DNA from: Octopus sinensis
Lineage: Eukaryota
Reading direction: 5' to 3'
Assembly: GCF_006345805.1 (NCBI RefSeq)
Contig: NC_043000.1
Coordinates: 131,564,001 to 131,628,000 of the forward strand
Length of the DNA stretch: 64,000 nucleotides
Shown: piece by piece, positions 61,840 to 64,000 of the stretch
Numbering within the stretch: position 1 is the first letter of the stretch
Layout of the letters: each line of letters opens with the position of its first letter
Program-made: the position numbers and the translations under genes
The notes under the pieces: model-generated
Told to the model about the DNA's origin: nothing
Databases searched by the model: none
Seen by the model: only the letters and a program-made list of their open reading frames with translations

Positions 61840-63541
61840 CCATGTATGTATAATTGTGTGCGTGTATGTATGAGTGTGTTGTGTGTGTACGGGAAGTATA
61901 TGTGGGTTCATTTACGTGTCCGTGTGTGTGTATATATCTGTTTGCGTGTGTACATGTGTGTGTATGTGCGTGTGTATTTGTGTGTGTGAACGAGGGGTTG
62001 TTTGGGGAGATATATGTGCGTTTATTTGCGCGTGTATACGTGTATGTGTATGTGCGTGTAGTTGTGCGTACGTGTATGTGTGCCTATGTATATGTGTGCG
62101 TGTGTGTATGCGGGTGTGTATACGTGTATGCGTGGGGTCGTGAGTGTTAAGTATGTGTGCATTCGAATGCGTGTGTGTGTATGTGCATCTATATGTGTAT
62201 GCGTATGTGTGTGTGCGTGTATGTATATATTGTGTGTATTTATATGTATGTGGGTGTATGTGATTTGTGTGTGCGTGGGGTTGTGTGTAGGGTTTGTGTG
62301 GGGGTATATGTGCGTTCCTGTGTGTATGTGCGCGCGTGCATGTGCGTACGTGCTTCTGTGCGTGTATGTGCGTGTGTGTTTATGCCCATGTGTGTGTAAT
62401 TGTGTGCGTGTGTGTATGAGTGTGTGTTGTGCGTGTGTGAAGGGTATGTGTGCGTACATGTGCGAGTGTGTGTATGTATGTGTATGTACGTGTGTATATA
62501 TGTGTGCGTGTGTGTGTATGTGCGTGTGTGCATGTGTGTATGTGCGTGTGTATATGTGTGTGTGAACGTAGAGATGTGTGTCGAGTTATGTGCGCATTTT
62601 GTTGTGTGCATGCGCGTGTGTTTGTTTATGTATATGTATGTGGTTGAGTGTACGCTTATGTGTGCGTGCGTGCGTGTATATAGGTATGTGTGTCTGTGTT
62701 TGCGTGGGGGTTGTGTAGGTTAGGTTTCTGTGCATTCCTGTGCGTGTGTATGTGTGTGTGCGTTTGTTTACGTGTGTGTGTGTGCGCGTGGGTGTATGTG
62801 GGTGGGTGTATATGCATGCGTCTGAGTGTGCGTGTGTATGTGCATGTGTGTGGGCGCGTGTGTATGTGTGTGGAAGTATATGTGTGCATATGTGCATGTA
62901 TGTGTGTTGTATGTGTGTGGTGTGTGGGAGGTATATGTACGTTCGTGTGTGTGCACGGGTGCGTGTATTTTTTCATGTGTGTGTATGTGACGTGTGCATG
63001 TATATGGAAATAAAAATTATAATAAATTATTTAAAAAAAGGTTGAAAGGGGATAAAGAAAAAGTTAATACAATATGAAATGGCGCATTAAAAACAAAAAA
63101 CGAAATAAGGTTGCTTTGTTGCAGGAGATTGTAGTGGCAGTCAATAGGAGGAGGGCGTTGTGTTTAGTCCAAAGGGGACAGTTGTTCGTGGATTAAAAAT
63201 ATAACGCTGTTCCAGGCGGAGTCGCGAGTGTGTGGATCTGTGGTGCCGAGCGAAGCCAAAGAAAGAGACGTTAGATATATATATATTGCGCAGCAACAAA
63301 CTAAGTATAGCAAAAAGGATTTTCATTGAATTTCCGTTAGCCATTAAACCTTTTAGCAAGCAGCTGACTTACGACGCACTGATTAAGATACAAATGAAGA
63401 AATACTCCGTTTTTAACCATGCAACAAGATTCGAAAGTTAATGAGAAACCGTCACTAAATGAAGCTTATTGCACTCAAGATAAATGTCGCTACATATACG
63501 TATGTTTATATATGTGTACGTGCTCTCTCTTCCCATGTGTC

Positions 63542-63577
<36 letters not shown>

Positions 63578-64000
63578 TGTGTGCACGTGTGGCGTTCAAA
63601 ACTACAAAAAAACAAAAAAAACCGGAAGACAGAGACAAGTAAGGGAACAGCAAATAAGTGGTATTAATTTGACGCTCAAGAACATGGAAGGTTCTTTGAC
63701 GTTTCGAGTCTACTCTCTTCTATATATAGGATAGACGAGTGAAAGCAGATGGAGAGAGGGGTCGGAAACAGATAGGAAAGAAACGTGTCTGGATTGACAG
63801 TTACAAATATGTAGCCGCGTGTGTATCGTTGGCGATTTTCTTTCTCCATCTTCCCTTCCTTGGACCTCCCCTTTTTCTATGTTTTTGATGAAGAGCTCCA
63901 CTCGATATGTTAAATCCTCCTTCTTTCTATCCTTTCCTGAGCGTCCAATAACACTATACTTGTTCCACGTCCTCGCGTTGTTGTGTTTTCTCTTTGTTGA
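61160..64000 (-). mobile_element. 5'-truncated Penelope-like insertion: terminal repeat with hammerhead-like motif (61160-61345), TG-rich low-complexity tract (61620-63000), GIY-YIG C-terminus (~63060-63480), inverted terminal repeat (63805-64000)
   Basis: 63810-63985 is an approximate reverse complement of 61170-61345. RLRLEQRYIFNPRTTVPFGLN resembles the PLE GIY-YIG end motif. CTGACGA-AGAGC-TCC-GCTC-GAAACGTG at 61278-61252. Confidence 0.6.

Overview
AT-rich, microsatellite-dense animal genomic DNA. The SINE families and repeat landscape look like octopus or another cephalopod (inference from pattern recall, no search run). I could not confidently identify any host protein-coding gene; nearly all ORFs in the supplied track are microsatellite or minisatellite artefacts. 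Well-supported content: one intact-looking tRNA-Ile(AAT) (48069-48142); a full-length RTE-clade LINE (50061-54044) whose single ORF is broken only by five slippage-type indels; a 526-bp bipartite RTE derivative (58328-58853); a decayed DD37D (maT) Tc1/mariner element (23916-25161); CR1/L2-group and RTE LINE fragments; several Penelope-like (PLE) relics and short PLE-type elements with hammerhead-like motifs; a non-autonomous Helitron; several MITEs; more than 30 copies or fragments of four tRNA-type SINE families; a 25-bp minisatellite array (1-2250); and a 100-N scaffold gap (11758-11857). The most promising leads are RNA-level: covarying hairpins at both RTE ends, minimal hammerhead cores in several repeat families, a SINE/LINE shared 3' tail, apparent (TATG)n and GGTATTT target preferences, and a strong strand bias of the main SINE. 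Many repeat boundaries are approximate, set by eye.
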